From Pristiophorus japonicus (lineage: Eukaryota): DNA of 64,000 bases. The DNA is taken from positions 14,322,001 through 14,386,000 of the forward strand of contig NC_091999.1 in assembly GCF_044704955.1 (NCBI RefSeq). Direction: 5' to 3'. Positions 49,690 to 61,367 of this stretch are shown piece by piece. Made by a program: the position numbers and the translations under genes. Position 1 is the first letter of the stretch. Every line of letters starts with the position of its first letter. Below the pieces are notes generated by a model. The model was not told the DNA's origin, did no database searches, and saw nothing but the letters and a program-made list of their open reading frames with translations.

Positions 49690-50828
49690 GGCAGGGGGAG
49701 AATGTTCCCCGGTTTATATCCCCCCCCACCCACCCCGGTGTGGGGAGAATGTTCCCTGGTTCATATCCCCACCCCCGCAGTGTGCGGAGAATGTTCCCTG
49801 GTTCATATCCCCCCCCCCCCGGTGTGGGGAGAATGTTCCCCGGTTTATATCCCCCCCCCCGGTGTGGGGAGAATGTTCCCTGGTGTGGGGAGAATGTTCC
49901 CTGGTTTATATCCCCCCCACCCCCCGGTGTGGGGAGAATGTTCCCCGGTTTATATCCCCCCCACCCCCCGGTGTGGGGAGAATGTTCCCCGGTTTATATC
50001 CTCCCCCGGTGTGGGGAGAATGTTCCCCGGTTTATATCCGCCCCACCCCCCGGTGTGGGGAGAATGTTCCCCGGTTTATATCCTCCCCCCGGTGTGGGGA
50101 GAATGTTCCCCGGTTTATATCACCCCCACCCCCGGGTGTGGGGAGAATGTTCCCCGGTTTATATCCCCCCCCCACTCCCGGTGTGGGGAGAATGTTCCCC
50201 GGTTTATATTCGCCCCCTCCCCCGGTGTGGGGAGAATGTTCCCCGGTTTATATCCCCCCCCCCGGTGTGGGGAGAATGTTCCCCGGTTTATATCCCCCCC
50301 CCCGGTGTGGGGAGAATGTTCCCCGGTTTATATCCCCCCCCCCCCGGTGTGGGGAGAATGTTCCCCGGTTTATATCCCCCCCCCGGTGTGGGGAGAATGT
50401 TCCCCGGTTTATATCCCCCCTGGGTGTGGGGAGAATGTTCCCCGGTTTATATCCCCCCCCGGTGTGGGGAGAATGTTCCCCGGTTTATATCACGCCCCCG
50501 GTGTGGGGAGAATGTTCCCCGGTTTATATCCCCCCCCCCCCCCCCCCCCGGTGTGGGGAGAATGTTCCCTGGTTTATATCCCCCCCCCGGTGTGGGGAGA
50601 ATGTTCCCCGGTTTATATCCCCCGGTGTGGGGAGAATGTTCCCCGGTTTATATCCCCCCCCGGTGTGGGGAGAATGTTCCCCGGTTTATATCCCCCCCCG
50701 GTGTGGGGAGAATGTTCCCCGGTTTATATCCCCCCCCCGGTGTGGGGAGAATGTTCCCCGGTTTATTTCCCCCGGTGTGGGGAGAATGTTCCCCGGTTTA
50801 TACCCCCCCCCGGTGTGGGGAGAATGTT
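49690..50828. repeat. ~40-bp GC-rich minisatellite with variable poly-C
   Basis: More than 25 copies of ggtgtggggagaatgttccccggtttatat(c)n; the last unit is completed at 54039-54060. Confidence 0.95.
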
Positions 50829-53800
50829 AGAAACATAGAAACATAGAAAATAGGTGCAGGAGTAGGCCATTCGGCCCTTCTAGCCTGCATCGCCATTCAA
50901 TGAGTTCATGGCTGAACATTCAACTTCAGTACCCCATTCCTGCTTTCTCGCCATACCCCTTGATCCCCCTAGCAGTAAGGACCTCATCTAACTCCTTTTT
51001 GAATATATTTAGTGAATTGGCCTCAACAACTTTCTGTGGTAGAGAATTCCACAGGTTCACCACTCTCTGGGTGAAGAAGTTCCTCCGCATTTCGGTCCTA
51101 AATGGCTTACCCCTTATCCTTAGACTGTGACCCCTGGTTCTGGACTTCCCCAACATTGGGAACATTCTTCCTGCATCTAACCTGTCTAACCCCGTCAGAA
51201 TTTTATATGTTTCTATGAGGTCCCCTCTCATTCTTCTGAACTCCAGTGAATACAAGCCCAGTTGATCCAGTCTTTCTTGATAGGTCAGTCCCGCCATCCC
51301 GGGAATCAGTCTGGTGAACCTTCGCTGCACTCCCTCAATAGCAAGAATGTCCTTCCTCAGGTTAGGAGACCAAAACTGTACACAATACTCCAGGTGTGGC
51401 CTCACCAATGCCCTGTACAACTGTAGCAACACCTCCCTGCCCCTGTACTCAAATCCCCTTGCTATGAAGGCCAACATGCCATTTGCTTTCTTAACCGCCT
51501 GCTGCACCTGCATGCCAACCTTCAATGACTGATGTACCATGACACCCAGGTCTCTTTGCACCTCCCCTTTTCCTAATCTGTCACCATTCAGATAATAGTC
51601 TGTCTCTCTGTTTTTACCACCAAAGTGGATAACCTCACATTTATCCACATTATACTTCATCTGCCATGCATTTGCCCACTCACCTAACCTATCCAAGTCG
51701 CTCTGCAGCCTCACAGCATCCTCCTCGCAGCTCACACTGCCACCCAACTTAGTGTCATCCGCAAACTTGGAGATACTACACTCAATCCCCTCATCTAAAT
51801 CATTAATGTACAGTGTAAACAGCTGGGGCCCCAGCACAGAACCCTGCGGTACCCCACTAGTCACTGCCTGCCATTCTGAAAAGTACCCATTTACTCCTAC
51901 TCTTTGCTTCCTGTCTGACAACCAGTTCTCAATCCATGTCAGTACACTACCCCCAATCCCATGTGCTCTAACTTTGCACATCAATCTCTTGTGTGGGACC
52001 TTGTCGAACGCCTTCTGAAAGTCCAAATATACCACATCAACTGGTTCTCCCTTATCCACTCTACTGGAAACATCCTCAAAAAATTCCAGAAGATTTGTCA
52101 AGCATGATTTCCCTTTCACAAATCCATGCTGACTTGGACCTATCATGTCACCTCTTTCCAAATGCACTGCTATGACATCCTTAATAATTGATTCCATCAT
52201 TTTACCCACTACCGATGTCAGGCTGACCGGTCTATAATTCCCTGTTTTCTCTCTCCCTCCTTTTTTAAAAAGTGGGGTTACATTGGCTACCCTCCACTCC
52301 ATAGGAACTGATCCAGAGTCAATGGAATGTTGGAAAATGACTGTCAACGCATCCACTATTTCCAAGGCCACCTCCTTAAGTACTCTGGGATGCAGTCCAT
52401 CAGGCCCTGGGGATTTATCGGCCTTCAATCCCATCAATTTCCCCAACACAATTTCCCGGCTAATAAGGATTTCCCTCAGTTCCTCCTCCTTACTAGACCC
52501 CCCGACCCCTTTTATAACCGGAAGGTTGTTCGTGTCCTCCTTCGTGAATACCGAACCAAAGTACTTGTTCAATTGGTCCGCCATTTCTTTGTTCCCCGTT
52601 ATGACTTCCCCTGATTCTGACTGCAGGGGACCTACGTTTGTCTTTACTAACCTTTTTCTCTTTACATATCTATAGAAACTTTTGCAATCCGTCTTAATGT
52701 TCCCTGCAAGCTTCTTCTCATACTCCATTTTCCCTGCCCTAATCAAACCCTTTGTCCTCCTCTGCTGAGTTCTAAATTTCTCCCAGTCCCCAGGTTCGCT
52801 GCTATTTCTGGCCAATTTGTATGCCACTTCCTTGGCTTTAATACTATCCCTGATTTCCCTTGATAGCCACGGTTGAGCCACCTTCCCTTTTTTATTTCTA
52901 TGCCAGACAGGAATGTACAATTGTTGTAGTTCATCCATGCGGTCTCTAAATGTCTGCCATTGCCCATCCACAGTCAACCCCTTAAGTATCATTCGCCAAT
53001 CCATCTCAGCCAATTCACGCCTCATACCTTCAAAGTTAGCCTTCTTTAAGTTCTGGACCATGGTCTCTGAATTAACTGTTTCATTCTCCATCCTAATGCA
53101 GAATTCCACCATATTATGGTCACTCTTCCCCAAGGGGCCTCGCACAACGAGATTGCTAATTAATCCTTTCTCATTACATAACACCCAGTCTAAGATGGCC
53201 TCCCCCCTAGTTGGTTCCTCGACATATTGGTCTAAAAAACCATCCCTTATGCACTCCAGAAAATCCTCCTCCACCGTATTGCTTCCAGTTTGGTTAGCCC
53301 AATCTATGTGCATATTAAAGTCACCCATTATAACTGCTGCACCTTTATTGCACGCACCCCTAATTTCCTGTTTGATGCCCTCCCCAACATCACTACTACT
53401 GTTTGGAGGTCTGTACACAACTCCCACTAACGTTTTTTGCCCTTTGGTGTTCTGCAGCTCTACCCATATAGATTCCACATCATCCAAGCTAATGTCCTTC
53501 CTAACTATTGCCTTAATCTCCTCCTTAACCAGCAATGCTACCCCACCTCCTTTTCCTTTTATTCTATCCTTCCTGAATGTTGAATACCCCTGGATGTTGA
53601 GTTCCCAGCCCTGCTCATCCTGGAGCCACGTCTCCGTAATCCCAATCACATCATATTTGTTAACATCTATTTGCACAGTTAATTCATCCACCTTATTGCG
53701 GATACTCCTTGCATTAAGACACAAAGCCTTTAGGCTTGTTTTTTTAACACCCTCTGTCCTTTTAGAATTTTGCTATACAATGGCCCTTTTTGTTCTTTGC

Positions 53801-54038
53801 CTTGGGTTTCTCTGCCCTCCACTTTTCCTCATCTCCTTTCTGTCTTTTGCTTTTGCCTCCTTTTTGTTTCCCTCTATCTCCCTGCATTGGTTCCCATCCC
53901 CCTGCCATATTAGTTTAACTCCTCCCCAACAGCACTAGCAAACACTCCCCCGAGGACATTGGTTCCGATTCTGCCCAGGTGCAGACCGTCCGGATTGTAC
54001 TGGTCCCACCTCCCCCAGAACCGGTTCCAATGCCCCAG
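50829..54038 (-). mobile_element. Young CR1 LINE, 5'-truncated within ORF1, ORF2 intact
   Basis: (TTTCTATG)n tail; ORF1 C-terminus at 53.8-54.0 kb; flanked by GAATGTT at 50822-50828 and 54039-54045. Confidence 0.95.
50926..53724 (-). CDS. CR1 ORF2 (APE endonuclease + reverse transcriptase), 932 aa uninterrupted
   Basis: CLNARS, ITETW, GDFN, SDH endonuclease motifs; YRPVSLTS, QHGF, LDFQKAFD, GVPQGS, FADD RT motifs. Confidence 0.95.
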   Translation of the reverse strand: MCLNARSIRNKVDELTVQIDVNKYDVIGITETWLQDEQGWELNIQGYSTFRKDRIKGKGGGVALLVKEEIKAIVRKDISLDDVESIWVELQNTKGQKTLVGVVYRPPNSSSDVGEGIKQEIRGACNKGAAVIMGDFNMHIDWANQTGSNTVEEDFLECIRDGFLDQYVEEPTRGEAILDWVLCNEKGLISNLVVRGPLGKSDHNMVEFCIRMENETVNSETMVQNLKKANFEGMRRELAEMDWRMILKGLTVDGQWQTFRDRMDELQQLYIPVWHRNKKGKVAQPWLSREIRDSIKAKEVAYKLARNSSEPGDWEKFRTQQRRTKGLIRAGKMEYEKKLAGNIKTDCKSFYRYVKRKRLVKTNVGPLQSESGEVITGNKEMADQLNKYFGSVFTKEDTNNLPVIKGVGGSSKEEELREILISREIVLGKLMGLKADKSPGPDGLHPRVLKEVALEIVDALTVIFQHSIDSGSVPMEWRVANVTPLFKKGGREKTGNYRPVSLTSVVGKMMESIIKDVIAVHLERGDMIGPSQHGFVKGKSCLTNLLEFFEDVSSRVDKGEPVDVVYLDFQKAFDKVPHKRLMCKVRAHGIGGSVLTWIENWLSDRKQRVGVNGYFSEWQAVTSGVPQGSVLGPQLFTLYINDLDEGIECSISKFADDTKLGGSVSCEEDAVRLQSDLDRLGEWANAWQMKYNVDKCEVIHFGGKNRETDYYLNGDRLGKGEVQRDLGVMVHQSLKVGMQVQQAVKKANGMLAFIARGFEYRGREVLLQLYRALVRPHLEYCVQFWSPNLRKDILAIEGVQRRFTRLIPGMAGLTYQERLDQLGLYSLEFRRMRGDLIETYKILTGLDRLDAGRMFPMLGKSRTRGHSLRIRGKPFRTEMRRNFFTQRVVNLWNSLPQKVVEANSLNIFKKELDEVLTARGIKGYGEKAGMGY

Positions 54039-54059
54039 GAATGTTCCCCGGTTTATATC

Positions 54060-54297
54060 TGGGCCCGGGGCTGCACTCGGTGTTGTTGTCCCCAGCGTTT
54101 CTTTAACCCGCTCCCTGGAGCTCGCTCACCTCCTGTGTCAGCGTCTGCCACCGCCGCCTGCACATGCTCAGCTCACACTGCCCGGGTGATTGACGGCAGC
54201 TCCCCACCAATAGGAAGAGCGGGGCGGGGCTGGAGGACCGAATGGACAGTTGGTCCTCTAACCAATTGGAGTGTGTGAGGGGCGGGGCTTCCGGCAG
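54060..54297 (-). promoter_or_regulatory. CpG-rich promoter/first-exon module (inverted homologue of 60.1-60.4 kb)
   Basis: GC boxes (ggggcgggg), CCAAT boxes, ETS-like cttccgg, gcacatgctcag. Reverse complement aligns with 60140-60340. Confidence 0.6.
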
Positions 54298-55250
54298 GCT
54301 GTAACTAGTGGGGTGCAGCAAAGATCAGTGCTGGGGCCTCAGCTATTTACAATCTATATTAATGACCTAGATAAAGGGACCGAGTGTAATATTTGCTGAC
54401 GATACAAAGCTCGGTGAGACAGTAAGCTGTGAGCAGAACACAAGAGTGCAAAGATATATAGATAGACGATGTGAATGGGCAGTAAGGTGGCAGATTGAGT
54501 ATAATGTCGGGAAATGTGAGGTTATTCACTTTGGTCGGAAGAATAGAAAAACAGAAAATGGTGAGAAACTTTAAATGTTGGTGTTGAGAGAGATTTGGGT
54601 GTCCTTGTGCAAGAAACACAGAAAGCGAGCATGCAGGTACAGCAAGCAGTTAAGGGGGTGGAGTATAAGAGTAAGGATCTATTGCTACAATTGTACAGGG
54701 CCTTGGTGAGACCACACCTGGAGTACTGGGCAGTTTCGGTCTCCTTATCTAAGGAAAGATATACTTGCCTTGGAGATCGTGCAACGGAGGTTCACAAGAT
54801 TGATTCCTGGGAGGAGAGAGCTGTCTTTTGATGAGAGATTGTGTAGAATGGACCAATACTCTCTGGAGTTTAGAAGAATGAGAGGGGATCTCATTGAAAC
54901 ATACAAGATTCTGAAGGGTATTGACAGGGTAGATGCTGAGAGGTCGATTCCCCCGGGCTGGAGTGACTTGAACTAGGCGGCTCAAGATAAGGGGTGGGCC
55001 ATTTAAGACAGAGATGAGAAATTTCTTCACTCAGAGGGTTGTGAATCTTTGGAATTCTCTGCCCCAGAGGGCTGTGAATGCTCAGTCTATTCAAGGCTGA
55101 GATAGATAGATTTTTGGACTCTCGGGGAATCAAGGGACATGGAGATCAGGTGGGAAAGTGGAGTTGAGGGCGATGATCTTATTGAATGGCGGAGCAGGCT
55201 CGAGAGGCCGTATGACCTACTCCTGCTCCCATCTCTGATATTCTAATATT
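54298..55250 (+). mobile_element. Degraded CR1 RT 3' part
   Basis: YRALVRPHLEY, YSLEFRRMRGDLIE. Confidence 0.85.
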
Positions 55251-55269
55251 GACATCTAAGGGGCTCTAC

Positions 55270-56120
55270 ATTTATTAATCCCACCCTTTATCTTAAGGGA
55301 ACATACTTGCTCTGAACCCTCGCTATCTCCTCCTTGAATGTCTCCCACTGCTCTGACACTAATTCACCTTCAAGTAGCTGTTTCCAGTCCACTTTGGTTA
55401 TATCACATCTTTGATTAGTAAAATTAGCTTTACCCCAATTGAGAACTTTTATTCCTGGTTCATCTTTGTCCTTTTCCATAACGACCCTAAATCAAACTGA
55501 ATTATGATCACCAGCACCAAAATGCTCTCCCACTGATACCCCTTCCACCTGCCCAAGCTTCATTCATTAAACCTAAGTCCAGAACCACACCCTCTCTTGT
55601 TGGGCTTGCTACGTAATGGCTAAAAAAGTTCTCCTGGATGCATTTTAAGAATTCTGCTCCTTCTATATCTTTCATACTAATTCTATCCCAGTTAATATTT
55701 AGGTAGTTGAAATCCCCGACTATTACTGTCCTATTATTTTTGCATGTATCAGAAATGTGCCGACATATTTGCTCTTCTATCTCCCTCTGACTGTTTGGGG
55801 GTCTATAGTACATCCCCAGCAGTGTGATCGCCCCTTTTCTGTTCTTCAGTTCTCCCATGTGGCCTCATTTGACGATCCTTCGAACATATCATTCCTCCCC
55901 ACAGCTGGAATTGTTTCTTTAATCAACACTCCGACGCGCCCGCCTTTTTATATCCCCGTCTCTATCTCGTCTTAAAACTCTGTAACCAGAAATGTTGAGC
56001 TGCCATTCCTGCAGTTCTTTTAGCCGTGTTTCACTAATAGTTACAATATCATACCCCCACATGTCTGTCTGTGCCCTCAGCTTATCTGCCTTAATCCCTA
56101 GACTCCTTGCATTGGCATTG
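55270..56120 (-). mobile_element. CR1 endonuclease fragment
   Basis: YYRPPNS..VIVGDFN..PTREG. Confidence 0.8.
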
Positions 56121-56299
56121 AAGGATTTCTAGATTGATTCCTGTGATGAGAGAGCTGTCTTATGATGAGAGTTTGTGTACAATGGGCCTATACTCTCTGG
56201 AGTTTAGACGAATGAGAGGTGATCTCATTGAAACACACTGGCACTGGCATTTAGCGCTGCCAAACTCCCTTATTGTCTATTTTCTAGCCTTTGTTTCCT

Positions 56300-56950
56300 C
56301 TGTCTTCCAAACACTAGCAAAACCCGCAGTGAGGATATTGTCCAGTCCTGTTGAGGTGCAACCTGTCCGGCTTGTACTGGTCCCACCTCACCCAGAAATG
56401 CTCCCAATGCCTCAGGAATCTAAAGCCCTCCCTCCTGCACCAAACTCCAGCCATGCATTCATCTGCTCTATCCTCCTATTTCTGTACTCACCAGCACGTG
56501 GCACCGGGAGTAATCCGGACATTACTACCTTTGAGGTCCTGTTTTTTAATCTCTTTCCTAGCTCCCTAAAATCTGCCTGCAGGATCTCATCCCTCTTTCT
56601 ACCGATGTCATTGGTCCCGATATGGACCACAACCTCTGGATGTTCATCCTCCCCCCTCAACAATGTCCTGCAGCCGCTCAGTGACATCCTTGACCCTGGC
56701 ACCAGGGAGGCAACATACCATCCTGGAATCATGTCTGTGCCTGCAGAAGCGCTTGTTTGTTCCCCTAACTATCAAATCCACTCCCACTATTGCTCTTCCA
56801 CTCTTCTTCCTCCCCGCCCTGTGCTGCTGAGCCACCCACGATGTCGTGGACATGGTTCTGGCTGTACTCCCCAGAGAAACCATCGACTTCATCAGTATCC
56901 AGAACTGAAAACCGGTTAGCGAGCGAGATGCACTCAGGGGACTCCTGTCC
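56300..56950 (-). mobile_element. CR1 ORF1 esterase fragment
   Basis: CCLPGARVKDV, VVVHIGTND, SGLLPVPR. Confidence 0.82.
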
Positions 56951-58029
56951 TACTCTTGCCCCATAAATCTGAACATTTTTTCAACTCATGTTTATCTCTT
57001 TCGAAAGTTCCAAGTGAATCTGCTTCCAGCACCCGAACAGGCAGTGTGTTCCAGGCCAGAACATCTCGCTGCTTCACTAGTCCCCTCATGTAGCATCTGG
57101 TTCATTTGCCAATCACATTAAATCTGTGCCTCTGGTTACTGATCTTTCTGACACTGAAAATTGTTTCTCCTTATTAAGAGGATTGGCGGGCTGGAGGAGC
57201 TTACAGAGATAGGGAGGGGCGAGGCCTTGGAGGGATTTGAACAAGAGAATGAGAATTTTAAAGCCTGAAGCCACCAGCCGTCTCCCCCAGTGCAGAATGT
57301 GACTCACTGCTAACAGAAAGGATTTTTGTTTACTTACAAAAGATGCATAATGAAAGGAAATCAATCTCTGTATCTTTAGCTAACAGCGACATGAGGGAAA
57401 TGAATGACCGTTAAACACCTGGTCCACTTGGCACTGAAGTGTCTGAAACTCATAATAGGAACTCCAGGGAAACAAAATACTGACAAATGTTAAACTGTTT
57501 TGCTGACAAAAGAAATCTGGATTTAACTTTAAAAGATAAATTGTTTAACAGGGGTTCACACAGACTCACCTGACAGGCCGACTCAGGATCCACCCCTCAA
57601 GCACCGTGATTGATTGCAGATCACGCTGCTCCCTGAGCCCTCCGGCCTCTCAGCTCTCTTCCTGTTGGTTCCCAGGTCAATCAATCACCACTCGCCAACA
57701 TTACGCTGCCAGATTAAGTTGAGGGGCTCAGAGGAAGAAATAAAACGGGGTCGTGAATCTGACTTAAGAAATAAAATTAGAGAAGCATAACTAAATTTAT
57801 GAACAAAACTAATTAAAGTCAAATCAAATGAATTGTTGCATTTAATACATCCATCTGGGCCAAGTGAGAAACAAGTGATGTGTGGGCTGTGCAGAGTGTC
57901 TGTGCCCGGTTACACAGCGTGTCCCTGACTCCCCGCTCCAAGTGCACATGTTTCAGCTCACATCCAACTGACTGGATAAACCTCGCCCGTCTAAACCCCA
58001 TCACACAAATATCAGCATTTGATGTTTAG

Positions 58030-58590
58030 TTCTGCTCAACCTTTATAAACACCGGTTAGGCCTCAGCTGACACATTGTGCTCAATTCTGGGCACCACACT
58101 TTCAGAAGGGTATCTACACCTTAGCGAGGGACCAGAAGAGATTTACTAGAATGGTACGAAGGAGGAGGGACTTCAGTTATGTGGAGATACTGGAGAAGTT
58201 GCGGTAATTCTCCTTGGAGTAGAAAAGGTTAAGAGGAGATTTTATAGAGTGTTCAAAATCATGAACGGTGTTGACAGACTAAATAAGGAGAAACACTTTC
58301 CAGTGGCAGAAGGGTCGGTAACCAGAGGACACAGAGTTCAGGTGATTGGCAAAAGAAGCAGAGGCGACATGAGGAACCATTGTATAAGCAGTGAGTTGTT
58401 GCAATCTGGATTGCACTGCCTGATTGGGTGGTGCAAGCAGATTCAATAGTGGCTTTCAAAAGTGAATACTAAAGGGACAATATTTGCAGCGCTATGGGGA
58501 AAGAGCAGGGGAGTGGAACTAACTGGATAGCTCGACCATCGAGCCTGCACAGGCACGATGGGCCGAATGGCCTCCTGCGCTTTCATTCTC
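58030..58590 (+). mobile_element. Old CR1 3' fragment
   Basis: FKIMNGVDR..TRGH and gggccgaatggcctcct UTR. Confidence 0.75.
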
Positions 58591-58639
58591 TGAAAATGGC
58601 GGATGATCTTATCCAGAATGCTGCGACCACATATCCCCA

Positions 58640-59100
58640 GAAAACCAAGACCGCCTATTTCCACCTGTGTAACATCGGCCGTCTCCACCCCTGCCTCAGC
58701 TCACCCTCTGCTGAAACCCTCGTCCATTCCTCGGTTACCTCTAGACTTGACTATTCCAACACACTCCTGGCTGGCTTCCCACATTCTACCCCACGTAATC
58801 TTCACCTCATTCAAAACTCGGCTGCCCATGTCGTAACTCGCACCAAGTCTCGTTTACCCATCACCTCCAGTGCTCACTGACCTACATTGGCTCCTGGTTG
58901 AGCTCATCCTTGTTCACAAATACCTCCATGGCCTCGCCCTTCCCTTTCTCTGTAATCTCCTCCAGCTCCACAACCCCTGAGATGTCTGTGCTCTTCTCAT
59001 TCTGCCCTCCTGAGCATCCCTGATTATAATCGCTCAACCATTGGTGGCCTCGTCTTCTGTTACCGAGACCCCAAGCTCTGGAACACCCTCCCGAAACCTC
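58640..59100 (+). mobile_element. L2-clade LINE 3' fragment
   Basis: ETLVHSSVTSRLDYSNTLLAG..IQNSAAHVVTRT..LHWL. An opposite-strand relative lies at about 48415-48625. Confidence 0.75.
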
Positions 59101-59109
59101 TGTGCCTCC

Positions 59110-59455
59110 TCCCTGAAAGCACTGACTCTAGCTTTGTTCAGTTCCAAACTCACTGGTTCCCCTCCCCTGAAAGCACTGACTCTGGCTGGGTTCAGTTCTA
59201 CACTCACTGGTTCCCCTCCCCTTAAGGTACTGACTCTGGCTGGGCTCAGTTCTACACTCACTGGTTCCCCTCCCCTGAAGGTACTGACTCTGGCTGGGTT
59301 TAGTTCTACACTCACTGGTTCCCCTCCCCTGAAGGTGCTGACTCTGTCTGGGTTCAGTTCGACACTCACTGGTTCCCCTCCCCTGAAGGTACTAACTCTG
59401 GCTGGGTTCAGTTCTACACTCACTGGTTCCCCTCCCCTGAAGGTGATGACTCTGG
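59110..59455. repeat. 53-bp minisatellite (same family as 32.2 kb, inverted)
   Basis: About 6 copies of ctgactctggctgggttcagttctacactcactggttcccctcccctgaagg. Confidence 0.9.
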
Positions 59456-59919
59456 GTGCCTGTGCTCTCGTCACCTCTTTATACACTCTGACCCTCCCTA
59501 TATATCTGTAATATCTCTGTTTTGGTGATGGGCTCTCCCTGACCACTCACTCCCTGACTCTCACCATTTCAGGGAATCATACGGCACAGAATGAGGCCAT
59601 TCGGCCCATCGAGCCTGTCCGACTCACTGAAAGACCTACTCCCTGCACCTGCCCCAAAACACCAGAAAATGTTCCCTTTGAACATTGCTGGTTTTGAAAG
59701 TTATTATTGATGTCCCAGAATTGAGGCCAACCCTCAATATCTGAGTCTAACTAGTGAGTGATAAAGGTTGACCAGAACTTGCTTGTTGTACTCTATACTG
59801 CTATTAATGCTGGAACAGATTGATCAGCGGACCCTGCCCCTCACAGCTTTGTGTTCACCTGTAAATTGCACCATTTGCTTTAGAATGCCTCCCATTTTTC
59901 CTCCTTCCCAAATCCCAGC

Positions 59920-60415
59920 TGGCGGCCGGTGACCCCGCTGACCCGGGCCTGTCACCGCGGGTCAAGCCCGGGGTCAGCCTCTGGGCTGTGATTGGCCCTG
60001 GGCCCGACACCACGTGTTTATGACGCTCACCAGCCCCACGCGCGGCTCCAATTCCTGCCCCGCGCCGACAACGGACATCATCCGGGCTCCACCAACTGTC
60101 GCCACCGCCGCCCGCACATGCTCAGTGCGGGAGATCCGGGCTCAGCCCCGCTCCTCACACACTCTGATAGGTTGGATGACCAACTGCCCGCTCGGTCCTC
60201 CAGCCCCGCCCCCGCTTTTCCAATTTGCCCGGAGCCGCCGTCAATCACCCGGGCAGTGTGAACCGAGCATGTGTGGTGGGGCGGCTGTGTCTGAGACAGC
60301 GGCTGAGAGATGGGCGGAGGAAAGGAGCGGGTTAATAAACCCCAGGGGGCCACGGGCTTCACACATACCGAGTGTGGGCCCAGGCCCCGAACAACAACCT
60401 GCAGCTCCGGCCTTT
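59920..60415 (+). promoter_or_regulatory. CpG-island promoter of the downstream zinc-finger gene, possibly bidirectional
   Basis: High CpG density, GC boxes, CCAAT, and gcacatgctc-type motifs in both orientations (near 60115 and 60268). Confidence 0.6.
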
Positions 60416-60642
60416 CCCCGGGGAGGTGGGCTCTGGGCCCGTGCGGGGCCCCCGGGGAGGTGGGCTCTGGGCCCGTGCGGGGCCCCCGGGAGGTGGGCTC
60501 TGGGCCCGTGCGGGTCCCCCGGGGAGGTGGGCTCTGGGCCCGTGCGGGGCCCCCGGGGAGGTGGGCTCTGGGCCCGTGCGGGGCCCCCGGGGAGGTGGGC
60601 TCTGGGCCCGTGCGGGGTCCCCGGGGAGGTGGGCTCTGGGGA
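60416..60642. repeat. 37-bp G-rich minisatellite
   Basis: Six copies of ccggggaggtgggctctgggcccgtgcggggcc. Confidence 0.9.
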
Positions 60643-61367
60643 GATTAGATTATTAAACACACCCTGTCCACACAATGGAAAAGTGTTTGAGGAACAAGTA
60701 TTTCTGGAGACTTTTAATCTATTGAACATATACAGATTTTTAAATTTGTTCCGGGCTGTGGCCGTCGCTGCCAAGGCCGGCATTTATTGGTCATTCCTAA
60801 TTACACTGGAGAAGGTGGTGGGGAGTCACCGACTTGAACCGCTGCAGTCCGTGTGGTGAAGGTACTCCCACAGTGCTGTTAGGGAGCCAGTTCCAGGATT
60901 TTGACCCAGTGACGATGAAGGAACGGTGATATATGACCAAGTCCGGATGGTGTGTGACTTGGAGGGGAACTTGCAGATGATGGTTTTCCCATTCACCTGC
61001 TGCCCTTTTCCTTCTGGGTGGTAAAAGCCGTGGGATAGGTTGGGTGGCAGGTTCCCTTCCATCAGAACATAAGGATTAGGAGCAGGAGTCAGCCATATGG
61101 TCCTTCGAGCCTTCTCCGCTGGTCAATACGACCATGGCTGATCTTCGACCTCAACTTGACTCTCCCGCCCGGTCCCCATATCGCTGGAGGACATTAGTGC
61201 GCCAGTTGGGATTTTAGTGACAATCCGGCAGCTTTCATGGTGACTGTTTTTCGAGAGCCTGCCCCACAAATTACCCGGTTTATTAAGCTCAATTTTACAA
61301 CAAGCCTTTGTGTTTTTCTGGGTTCTCTCTCTCACTCCCTTTTATTTGTTTTATATTTATTTTACAG

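Noticed and set aside
49579-50846. Three overlapping 320-420-aa ORFs; CRISPR-like periodicity
   Set aside because: Tandem minisatellite open in all three plus-strand frames; no unique spacers; eukaryotic context.
52913-53938. 341-aa plus-strand ORF
   Set aside because: Antisense shadow of CR1 ORF2.
59034-59546. Repetitive ORFs on both strands
   Set aside because: Translation of the 53-bp minisatellite.
60014-60859. 281-aa GC-rich ORF
   Set aside because: Spans a CpG island and a 37-bp minisatellite; no domain features.
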